DNA of 64,000 nucleotides from an archaeon (GCA_018693315.1 JABHLR010000004.1:34138-98137); one strand, 5' to 3'. Counted from the stretch's first letter, positions 28,361 through 35,913 are shown. The notes: generated from the letters alone by a model not told the origin. Numbers and translations are program-made.

Positions 28361-28495
28361 GAACAATTCACTTCGAGCAAAACAAAAACATGCCTGTATC
28401 GCATAACGGTATTGCACGCGGCTCGAACCCGCGGCCCTTACGGGCGTCCCCGTTCGATTCGGGGTACAGGCGTTTTGTGAGATGTAAATTGTGAG
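28361..28495 (+). repeat. A-B hairpin element copy 1, with the intact tRNA-Ser in its loop
   Basis: A arm gaacaattcacttcgagcaaaac (28361..28384) and B arm ttttgtgagatgtaaattgtgag (28473..28495) bracket the tRNA. They are homologous to the contiguous copies at 28544, 48141 and 48495. Confidence 0.6.
28392..28472 (+). tRNA. tRNA-Ser (anticodon CGA)
   Basis: Hand fold: GCCTGTA/TACAGGC acceptor, 3-bp D stem, CGCGG-CTCGAAC-CCGCG anticodon arm, 14-nt variable arm (GCCC..GGGC), CCCCG-TTCGATT-CGGGG T arm, discriminator G. 81 nt, no encoded CCA. Confidence 0.85.
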
Positions 28496-28498
28496 TCA

Positions 28499-28538
28499 GG
28501 CTCGAACCCGCGGCCCTTACGGGCGTCCCCGTTCGATT
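28499..28538 (+). repeat. perfect 40-bp direct repeat of tRNA-Ser positions anticodon loop to T loop
   Basis: ggctcgaacccgcggcccttacgggcgtccccgttcgatt is identical to 28420..28459. The tRNA 3' end ggtacaggcg (28463..28472) recurs at 28602..28611. Confidence 0.9.
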
Positions 28539-28543
28539 TAAGC

Positions 28544-28597
28544 ATCTTCGCTTCGAGAAAAACAACTTTAAGATATTTTCGAGATGCAAAGTGCGAG
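28544..28597 (+). repeat. A-B hairpin element copy 2
   Basis: catcttcgcttcgagaaaaacaactttaagatattttcgagatgcaaagtgcgag lies between the 40-bp tRNA-Ser fragment and the 10-bp 3'-end fragment. Confidence 0.7.
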
Positions 28598-28614
28598 CAG
28601 AGGTACAGGCGTAA

Positions 28615-30231
28615 TTATTCTTTAGGTAAATTAAGATTGTTCAAATAATTATTAACAGGATTTTCTGACACAGGTTGCGCCGGTTGTCCATTAACTGGAG
28701 CAGAAGGTCCACCAGGACTAACAGGAGCGCTAATAACCCCACTACCAGGAGCGACAGGCCCGCCACTAAAAAAGATGAAATAAAGTATAACACCAAGGAC
28801 CACAAAAAACCCAACAATACCCAAAGTAATCCAAACCCACAAACCAACACCCTCACCCTCTCCCCCATCTTCACCCTGCTGGTCCTCATTCACAGAAGCA
28901 CTATCAGGTGCATTATCAGAACCATCTATAGAAGTATCAGGCGATTCGTTCACAGCAATAAAAGCGGACCCATTCGCAGTACCCTCAATAACACTAACAT
29001 AATTACTAGACGTCTCAAATTCATCATCACTAGCATAAACCCGAAACCTCTCATAATTACTAAAATTCTCCCCCAAACTAACATCCATACTATCCCCACT
29101 AAACCCAACAACAACATTTTCCAAAACAGAAGTCCTATAGGTCAAATTATCATCATCAGGATCACTAAAATAAGATTTCAAATCCACAGTCAAATTATCA
29201 TCCATAACTAAAGAAAGCGTCCCAAAATTCCTTTCCAAAACAGGCGCATCATTAATATTTTCAACAATACTCACATTAAAATAATTAGAAGTGGCAGTAC
29301 CAGCAGGAGAAGACACCCACACACTAAACATTCTTTGCCCCAAAAACTCATCAGCAGGCATAAACAAAACCTCATCCCCATCAATACTGGCATTAATCCA
29401 TTCCCCACCAGTATTATTAATATCACCACTAAAATCCACAGAAAACTCAGCGCCAGAAGGATAATCAAAATGATTATCAAAACTAAATCCAAAATTCCAA
29501 CTACTATTTTGCTCAAAAACAAAATTACTAATATTAGTAACCAAAACAGGCGCAGCAGGAGGGCTATAATCACTAGTGTCAAAACTAATATGCGAATAAC
29601 TAGCACTATCTACCTCAGAGAAAACAAGCCCGTAATTATCCCCTTCAATATTAGGGCCAGACACATGTGTTTCAAAATCAAAATAATCACTTTTTTCATC
29701 CCAAGTACCATCCTCAACCAAATACACAGAAGAAAAAGCCGTAGGAATATCATCAATATCAAAAGAAATAAATCGATTTTGTGCTGTATTGATATCACCA
29801 AGCACCGAAGTTAGTAATGCAACGTTAGAATCACTAAATTCACTAATACTACTAATATTAGAAACCCATTCCGGCAACAAACGAGAATAAGAAGACCAAT
29901 AAAGTTCAGTTACTTCACCATAAATACCAACTTTATTTTCATAAGAAATACCCCAAACATCATTTCCATCAATTTTATACCCAAGAAATCCAGAACACGA
30001 GCCATCAACACCAGAATCATTAACAAAGAACACGGCGCCACTAGAACTTTCAACAAAAACATCACTCCAAGTCATAACAAGCTGCAATTCTTCACAAGTA
30101 TATGGAGAATGAATCCCAACTGCATTCCCCGTAATGCCAACATCATCAAAATTTACATCGACACCAATAAAACTTACCAACAAAACCACAGCCAAAAAAA
30201 CAATCACAACCCACCTCTTCGAAAATTCCAT
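28615..30231 (-). CDS. secreted/membrane-anchored surface protein with cadherin-like segment and Pro-rich tail
   Basis: N-terminal anchor MEFSKRWVVIVFLAVVLLVSF. INDAPVLERNFGTLSLVMDDNLTVDLKSYFSDPDDDNLTY resembles a cadherin/dystroglycan-type repeat. C-terminal TM (WVWITLGIVGFFVVLGVILYFIFF) followed by a P/G/S-rich tail. Confidence 0.6.
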   Translation of the reverse strand: MEFSKRWVVIVFLAVVLLVSFIGVDVNFDDVGITGNAVGIHSPYTCEELQLVMTWSDVFVESSSGAVFFVNDSGVDGSCSGFLGYKIDGNDVWGISYENKVGIYGEVTELYWSSYSRLLPEWVSNISSISEFSDSNVALLTSVLGDINTAQNRFISFDIDDIPTAFSSVYLVEDGTWDEKSDYFDFETHVSGPNIEGDNYGLVFSEVDSASYSHISFDTSDYSPPAAPVLVTNISNFVFEQNSSWNFGFSFDNHFDYPSGAEFSVDFSGDINNTGGEWINASIDGDEVLFMPADEFLGQRMFSVWVSSPAGTATSNYFNVSIVENINDAPVLERNFGTLSLVMDDNLTVDLKSYFSDPDDDNLTYRTSVLENVVVGFSGDSMDVSLGENFSNYERFRVYASDDEFETSSNYVSVIEGTANGSAFIAVNESPDTSIDGSDNAPDSASVNEDQQGEDGGEGEGVGLWVWITLGIVGFFVVLGVILYFIFFSGGPVAPGSGVISAPVSPGGPSAPVNGQPAQPVSENPVNNYLNNLNLPKE

Positions 30232-30306
30232 AACAACCCCAACAAAACACACAATATAAACCTTACCAATCCAAAAGAATATAAAACAACTTAACTTATT
30301 TACAAC

Positions 30307-30576
30307 ATGCCAAAAATATCAGACCAAAAAATCGAAAAAATCTCAGAACAAATCCTATTTCATCTATACTCAGTCTTCCCAAAACAAGTTTTCACATCAG
30401 ACATAGCAAAAGAGCTCGCAAGAGATGAAGAATTTATGAAAAAACTCCTAGAAAAGCTAGAAAAAAAAGAATTAGTTATAAAAATCGACAAAAACCCACA
30501 AGGATTCCAATATTCCCGCAGACTAAGATGGAGAATCTCAAACAAAGCTCACGAAATCTACAAAAAACACCAATAA
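30307..30576 (+). CDS. small winged-helix DNA-binding protein
   Basis: 89 aa. DIAKELARDEEFMKKLLEKLEKKELVIKIDKNPQGFQYSRRLRWRIS has an HTH-plus-wing pattern. AATATAAA box 22 nt before the ATG. Confidence 0.55.
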   Translation: MPKISDQKIEKISEQILFHLYSVFPKQVFTSDIAKELARDEEFMKKLLEKLEKKELVIKIDKNPQGFQYSRRLRWRISNKAHEIYKKHQ

Positions 30577-30671
30577 CAATAAACAAATTGAAAATTTTCT
30601 AAAAACCACAATCTCAGAACTATATTTCCCAAAACAACTATAATTATAAACTAAAAAGCACTCATGTCAAC

Positions 30672-31331
30672 ATGGATCCAATAAAAGAGGCATTCTCCAA
30701 AATTAAAGAAGATATCCAGTCTTTAAGAGACGAAATAACACAGCTGAGACTCCAACAGACAGACATTCAGACACATAACCAGACAACTCCCACACATAAC
30801 ATGCCGCAAATACCCCAACAGACAGACATTCAGACACATAATCAAGCATATTCTGCACAAAATCACCACATACAGCCCCCATACAGTCCAAATATACAGA
30901 GTTCCATAGGAAATGAAGGGGTTCCAACAAACAGACAAACAGACATACAAACACACCAACAGACACATAATTACACCCAAAATACACCAAATTCAGACTT
31001 CAAGCAAGCAAATAATATATTATCATCACTTGACAACATAAAGAAAGGGATACGCCTAAAATTCAAACGCCTAACCCCCCAAGAAATGCTAGTTTTTAGC
31101 ACATTATACGCCCTAGAAGAGCAAAATTACGACGAAATCACCTATCGCACCCTCGCCACACAACTCAAGCTCAGCGAGTCCTCAATCCGCGATTACATCA
31201 ACAAACTAAGCAAAAAGGGCGTTCCAATAGACAAAATCAGACAAAACAACAAAACAATACTACTGCAAATATCCCCAGATCTAAAAAACATAGCCACTTT
31301 GGCCACAATCCAAGACCTCAGAGAATTATAA
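30672..31331 (+). CDS. coiled-coil / Q-T-H repeat / C-terminal wHTH protein
   Basis: 219 aa. N-terminal heptad-like KEAFSKIKEDIQSLRDEITQLRLQ, three QTDIQTH(N/Q)Q repeats, and a C-terminal LTPQEMLVFSTLYALEE..SESSIRDYINKLSKKGV wHTH. ATTATAAA box 22 nt before the ATG. Confidence 0.6.
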   Translation: MDPIKEAFSKIKEDIQSLRDEITQLRLQQTDIQTHNQTTPTHNMPQIPQQTDIQTHNQAYSAQNHHIQPPYSPNIQSSIGNEGVPTNRQTDIQTHQQTHNYTQNTPNSDFKQANNILSSLDNIKKGIRLKFKRLTPQEMLVFSTLYALEEQNYDEITYRTLATQLKLSESSIRDYINKLSKKGVPIDKIRQNNKTILLQISPDLKNIATLATIQDLREL

Positions 31332-31470
31332 AATCACAAACATTAACTTTTAATATTTATTTTACCGTCGATAAAATGATTTCTACAGATAAATCTAGCA
31401 AACTTTTTGCGGAACTATCAATAAAGATACACGTTATTCGGTTAAACGATTATTAAGTTACATCTAATTA

Positions 31471-31633
31471 ACTCACTTTTCCACCAAAAACCACCCTCTA
31501 AAACCCCGAATCTCACATATTCGAGTCCGTTTTTATTTTGAATTTAATACACCAACATACTCACTTTTCCACCAAAACCCCCACATTATCGACACTCACT
31601 TTTCACCTTTTTGATAACCACTCACTTTTCGCC
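31471..31633 (+). repeat. iteron-like array of ACTCACTTTTC(N)CC
   Basis: Copies start at 31471, 31559, 31594 and 31620, with a degenerate copy at 31672. They lie in the intergenic region between the two convergent wHTH genes. Confidence 0.8.
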
Positions 31634-31676
31634 CAAAAAAGCACTGAATTTCTAGTCAAAATACACCCTCTAACTC

Positions 31677-32282
31677 TCACTTTTTCGATTTTGACCCTTT
31701 TATCTTAACTTTTACACTTTTAATGATCACTGACCTAACCTCATCAGGGATATATAGCCTTTTTTTGCCATTTGACTCCCTAACTTCCATAATAATACCC
31801 TCTTTCTTCTGCTTTATAGTGTTAATTTGACCCCTTATCGTACTCCTATCTTTACCAAGTAACGCAGCTAGATCTTCATAGCTAAGCTTCATCTCAGAGT
31901 TTAACAGAGCCCACACGATGGCCCTCTCCATTACTGTAAAGTTGTCCAAAATACCTGATTGAACACCTGTTTGCGCAACTGTTTGGACAGCGCCCATGGA
32001 CGGTTGTTTTACAACAGCTGTTGGTGCTTGTTTGGACAATGTACCAGAAAGCTGCGGACCAAAGAAAGAAATGAAGTCTTTTATCTCAACAAGGTCCTCA
32101 TGGACAAGTAAAAGTTGATCTTTTATCATAGAGATTTCATCAGCATGTGACACGTGTTTATCGTCGAGGTGCTTAATCCATTCACCAACTTTATTGAAGT
32201 CTTTCTTTACATGATTGAAAGAATCTTGCACTTCACCTCTTAATTTTTCAACCTTTTTTTTGTGTCCAAATAAACCAAACAT
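31677..32282 (-). CDS. coiled-coil / C-terminal wHTH protein (same architecture as 30672..31331)
   Basis: 201 aa. N-terminal helical region, a Q/T/V-rich linker, and C-terminal FTVMERAIVWALLNSEMKLSYEDLAALLGKDRSTIRGQINTIKQKKEGII wHTH. Base composition is atypical for a minus-strand gene here. Confidence 0.6.
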   Translation of the reverse strand: MFGLFGHKKKVEKLRGEVQDSFNHVKKDFNKVGEWIKHLDDKHVSHADEISMIKDQLLLVHEDLVEIKDFISFFGPQLSGTLSKQAPTAVVKQPSMGAVQTVAQTGVQSGILDNFTVMERAIVWALLNSEMKLSYEDLAALLGKDRSTIRGQINTIKQKKEGIIMEVRESNGKKRLYIPDEVRSVIIKSVKVKIKGSKSKK

Positions 32283-32337
32283 CTTATTAATTTTTAATCA
32301 ACTTTCTTTATAAATGTTTCGCGTTTTTGGACAGCCA

Positions 32338-32390
32338 ACACCCGTTTAAACAGCAAAACGCCAAAAAAACACCCGTTTAAACAGCAAAAC
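32338..32390. repeat. two 22-bp direct repeats ACACCCGTTTAAACAGCAAAAC upstream of the 31677..32282 gene
   Basis: Copies at 32338..32359 and 32369..32390, with a degenerate third near 32474. TGTCCAAA/TTGGACAG words recur nearby. Confidence 0.7.
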
Positions 32391-32603
32391 ACCACACCTG
32401 TCCAAAGCATAAACACTAACTTTTATCGTCGGTAAACAACAAAACAATTATAAAATTTTTAAACAAGCAACCCACACCCACTTAAACAGCTAAAAAACAC
32501 TGTTTTAGCACCAAACACGTCCAAATACTGTCCAAACAACACCCCTCAAACACCCCAAAATCCACGCCAAAAAGATTATAAACTTCGAATTCTATAAAGA
32601 AAC

Positions 32604-32897
32604 ATGCTGTTCAAAAAGAAGTTGATGTACGCCGGAATCATTTCTGCGGCCACATTAGTTGCCTCAATTTTTATGCGATTAGTTCCATGTAGGGTATCGC
32701 CAAATCTTCCAAATCCACTCTACAAATGGACACTCTGTTCCCTAAATCCAGACACATATCAAGCCACTGGATCTATCACAGAATATTTTGGATACACAAC
32801 AGCACTAACCGAATCATACATTCTCACACTCTTACTAACATTCGTCGTGGTAATGATATTTTTTCATTTCACCACAAAGAAAAAAAGAAAAGATTAG
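32604..32897 (+). CDS. small membrane protein
   Basis: 97 aa with two hydrophobic helices. ATTATAAA box 22 nt before the ATG. Confidence 0.5.
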   Translation: MLFKKKLMYAGIISAATLVASIFMRLVPCRVSPNLPNPLYKWTLCSLNPDTYQATGSITEYFGYTTALTESYILTLLLTFVVVMIFFHFTTKKKRKD

Positions 32898-32913
32898 AAG
32901 GAGGTAAACAAAA

Positions 32914-33105
32914 ATGAGCGGAAACAATTTAGTATCAGTCCTAACATGGATCGTCGGTGTCATCGTAGCACTTGCAGTCGGTTCAGGTATGATTGATGGC
33001 GTATTAGCAGTTCCAGGAATCCCAGGAATTGTAACTGTTGTAGCTGGTTGGATCGTAGTTGTCGGTGCAATCATAAGCATAATCCTAGCTATCTTCAGCA
33101 AATAA
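32914..33105 (+). CDS. small membrane protein
   Basis: 63 aa with two G/V/I-rich helices. Strong SD ggaggt 8 nt before the ATG. Confidence 0.5.
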   Translation: MSGNNLVSVLTWIVGVIVALAVGSGMIDGVLAVPGIPGIVTVVAGWIVVVGAIISIILAIFSK

Positions 33106-33279
33106 GTCCACAAATTTTTTATTATTTTTTCTTTTGTCCGGGCAATCCGGACATCCCAATTTTTTAATTACCTCTTTTCACTTAGCTAACCTTAGTGCAC
33201 AATCGCCGGGTACGGAGACAGATTTTAGCAAGCCCAAGACAACAATAATCCTTAAAAACCATCCTTCAAATTAACTATT

Positions 33280-33639
33280 ATGTCAATTCCACACGTAACA
33301 TTATCCACTAAAGATTTAAGACCCGGAACAATTCTCCACGACGTTGCTGACAGTATGCCAATAAAAATTCTAGAAGCAAACTTCACAGGATCCTCAGACG
33401 AACACTACGTAAAATACCGACTCCCAGGGCCAAAGAGATCTGAAATAACAACAAGAGGCGCTCTTAAAATCCACGACACTTTTCTAACCAGATACGAAGT
33501 CGTCAAGGATTCAGAGCTCGAACAAAAAGCACTCCAAAACCAACAAGACGCAATCAGACAAACAGCACAAGGCGAAATAGACCAACTCCAAGTTTACGCA
33601 GATTTTTTAAGAGATAATGCCAATTCCAAGCAAAAATAG
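33280..33639 (+). CDS. hypothetical protein
   Basis: 119 aa. CTTAAAAA box 22 nt before the ATG. Confidence 0.5.
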   Translation: MSIPHVTLSTKDLRPGTILHDVADSMPIKILEANFTGSSDEHYVKYRLPGPKRSEITTRGALKIHDTFLTRYEVVKDSELEQKALQNQQDAIRQTAQGEIDQLQVYADFLRDNANSKQK

Positions 33640-33746
33640 CCCAAAGTTCGCACAACATAGATTGTATGACGTTCTTCCATGCCTAAACGAACGGAAATGA
33701 CCCGTTTGCACAAACTTTATAATGTGCGAACGCCTTTTTATTGAAA

Positions 33747-34244
33747 ATGGTGATAAAGAAATGTAGCAACTGCTCTGAAGAAAAAGAACATCATGCCAAG
33801 GGTCTCTGTTACGCATGTTACAAGAAGCTAAAGTGGCAACCGAAAATCTCAAGCTGTAAAAGATGCAAGCGAAAAATGGCCCTCCATGCTAAAGGATTAT
33901 GTGCCGGCTGCTACAATTACATCTTTCACCTCGATAAAAACAAGGCCTACAGCCAGCGAAAATCCAACAATGTGGATCTCAAAACATTCCGAAAAGTCAC
34001 AAAATCCTGCGCTATCTGCGACTTCGACAAAATCGTAGACATACATCATATCGACGCCAATAAACAAAACAATTCACAAAAAAACCTAATTGGCCTCTGT
34101 CCAAATCATCATCGCATGATCCACAATTTCAATTTCCGAAACGAAATCTTCCAAGCCCTCAAAGAAAAAGGCTTTGATCTTCCATTTGACGAAAAAATGG
34201 CCTTCCATAAGACCCCTCAGACCCCAAACTCAGACAATTTCTAA
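33747..34244 (+). CDS. HNH endonuclease-domain protein with N-terminal CxxC zinc-finger repeats
   Basis: CSNCSEEKEHHAKGLCYACY and CKRCKRKMALHAKGLCAGCY repeats, then CAICDFDKIVDIHHID..NLIGLCPNHHRMIH (HNH). Confidence 0.75.
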   Translation: MVIKKCSNCSEEKEHHAKGLCYACYKKLKWQPKISSCKRCKRKMALHAKGLCAGCYNYIFHLDKNKAYSQRKSNNVDLKTFRKVTKSCAICDFDKIVDIHHIDANKQNNSQKNLIGLCPNHHRMIHNFNFRNEIFQALKEKGFDLPFDEKMAFHKTPQTPNSDNF

Positions 34245-34396
34245 CCAAACTCAAATCAATCCTAACAAATTTTAAACAATTCTACAACAATTCCCCCAAC
34301 TTCTTAAAAAACGCTTCTCAAAACCGCTAAAATCCCCAAATTGCCCATTTTTCCATCATTTTTTGCCAAAAATCGCCAAAATCAACAATTCGCAAA

Positions 34397-34565
34397 GTGA
34401 AAAAGTGAGAGTTAGCTATTTTACTAAAAAAGGTTGATCAAAAGAGAAAAAGAGAGATCGTAAAAAATCAGACAAAAAGAGCCAAAATCAGCAAAAAATT
34501 AAGGAAATACATTAGAAAATAGAGAGTTGGTAAAACCAACCCCACACAAAAGAAAAGTGAGAACG
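34397..34565 (-). repeat. inverted copies of the CTCACTTTTC motif
   Basis: gtgaaaaagtgagagt (34397..34412) and gaaaagtgagaac (34553..34565), with degenerate copies near 34441 and 34518. These are reverse complements of the 31471..31633 array. Confidence 0.6.
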
Positions 34566-34680
34566 CAAAATCAGCCCATATCCTTACAAAATCCAAACAC
34601 ACAAAACATAAAACAGCGACGACAAACACAAACACAAACACAAAGATAATAGTTATTCGGTTAACCGAAATTCAAATTAA

Positions 34681-35016
34681 TTACTTACTAGCTCTAAAAC
34701 AATCCCTACATAAAACTGGCTTACCGCCTGGAGTCGGTTTAAACGGTACAGTCGTGTTTTTCCCACATTCAGCGCAAACAACTGCAACATCCTTTCTGTT
34801 GTCGTTTCTATTGTTATATCCGCCTCGATTACCACCACGATTACCACCTCGGTCGCCGCCTCGGTTCCCACCAAATCCACGATTATCATTTCTAGGTCTC
34901 CCCTTTCTAAAACAATCATTACATTTCACAGGCCTTCCTTCTTTTGGCTCAAACGGAATATCGCACTCCTTACCACAGTCAGAACAAACCGCTTTGAACA
35001 TTTTTCTATCTTCCAT
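34681..35016 (-). CDS. double zinc-ribbon protein with RGG-repeat linker
   Basis: CSDCGKECDIPFEPKEGRPVKCNDCF and CAECGKNTTVPFKPTPGGKPVLCRDCF flank GFGGNRGGDRGGNRGGNRGG. Start ATG 35016 follows a minus-strand TTTTTATAGG box. Confidence 0.65.
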   Translation of the reverse strand: MEDRKMFKAVCSDCGKECDIPFEPKEGRPVKCNDCFRKGRPRNDNRGFGGNRGGDRGGNRGGNRGGYNNRNDNRKDVAVVCAECGKNTTVPFKPTPGGKPVLCRDCFRASK

Positions 35017-35059
35017 ACAAAATGAATCGAAACGCCCTATAAAAACCTTTGCCCCAAAA

Positions 35060-35067
35060 TCTATAAA
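35060..35067 (+). promoter_or_regulatory. TATA box (TCTATAAA) of xerA, followed by the AAAGTTCGTACAA motif
   Basis: The box ends 22 nt before ATG 35089. The 13-nt motif (35071..35083) fills the TATA-to-ATG gap. Confidence 0.5.
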
Positions 35068-35088
35068 CCAAAAGTTCGTACAATCTAA

Positions 35089-35913
35089 ATGCAAAAAGAG
35101 GACTTTTTGAAAAAACTTGAGACAGAATTAAAGATAGCTAAAAATTCAGAATACACAATCCGAAATTACATCAACGCAAACGAAAGATTAATTGACTTCA
35201 TAGAAAAATCACCGGATCAAATCACAACAGATGACACAAAACTCTTCATCGCAGAAAATCTAACAGACAAAGCCGCAACATCAATCATACTTTTCCTAGC
35301 CGCAATCAAATACGCAAGCATCACAATTTTCAACACAGACATCACCGCCCCAATCAAACGACCAAAAAAAGAAAAACGACTTCCAATAACTCTTTCAAAA
35401 GACGAAATCAAAAAATTACTCGCAGAACTCAAAACTGAAAAGTCAAAACTCATGATAAGCCTAATGTACGCCTGCGGATTCCGAGTTTCAGAATTAGCAA
35501 ACCTAAAAATCCAAGACCTAAACTTCCCAGAAAAGATCGGACACATCAGGCAAGCCAAAGGGAACAAAGATAGGCTGTTTAATATTCCCGAGTTTCTCGT
35601 CGACGAATTACAAGATCTGGTTGTTCTACAAAAAAATCACCAACAAGAATTTTTATTTTCAGGAAGAAGCGGAAAAATCTCAACAAGGAACCTACAAAAA
35701 ATTGTTTCATCAGCCGCAAAACGCGCAGGATTAGATGGCGTCCACTGCCACCCCCTCCGCCACTCTTTCGCAACCCATCTTTTAGAAAATAATATAGACA
35801 TCAGAAAAATCCAAGAACTTTTAGGCCACGCCGATCTCTCGACAACCCAAATCTACACTCACGTCTCAACTGAAGAACTCAAAAAAATCAAATCCCCCCT
35901 AGATAATTTATAA
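35089..35913 (+). CDS. xerA: tyrosine recombinase, XerA/XerC/D-like
   Basis: 274 aa. C-terminal HPLRHSFATHLLENNIDIRKIQELLGHADLSTTQIYTHV (R..HxxR..Y catalytic pattern). Confidence 0.8.
   Translation: MQKEDFLKKLETELKIAKNSEYTIRNYINANERLIDFIEKSPDQITTDDTKLFIAENLTDKAATSIILFLAAIKYASITIFNTDITAPIKRPKKEKRLPITLSKDEIKKLLAELKTEKSKLMISLMYACGFRVSELANLKIQDLNFPEKIGHIRQAKGNKDRLFNIPEFLVDELQDLVVLQKNHQQEFLFSGRSGKISTRNLQKIVSSAAKRAGLDGVHCHPLRHSFATHLLENNIDIRKIQELLGHADLSTTQIYTHVSTEELKKIKSPLDNL

Noticed and set aside
28368-28589. 73-aa minus-strand ORF, plus the ORFs 48287..48487 (+) and 48378..48584 (-).
   Set aside because: They are built from tRNA genes and the A-B repeat elements. The spacer lengths in the repeats differ by non-multiples of 3, so no common reading frame is preserved.
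31471-31686. Possible CRISPR array.
   Set aside because: The repeats are only about 11-15 nt with irregular spacing (26-88 bp), and there are no cas genes. They fit protein-binding iterons better.
31362-32435. 15-bp inverted repeat TTACCGTCGATAAAA / TTTTATCGTCGGTAA flanking the 201-aa wHTH gene.
   Set aside because: With one mismatch in AT-rich DNA, my rough estimate is that a few such pairs within 1 kb are expected by chance in 64 kb. It is not reported as a transposon end.
34621-34645. (ACAAAC)n-like microsatellite aaacacaaacacaaacacaaag.
   Set aside because: It is a short low-complexity tract consistent with the A/C-rich + strand composition, with no evidence of function.
35089-35913. 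The tyrosine recombinase as the integrase of the neighbouring 3.2-kb module.
   Set aside because: Its size (274 aa) and motifs fit the chromosomal XerA dif recombinase equally well, and its composition is host-like. It is kept as XerA-like, with the mobile-element link only a possibility.
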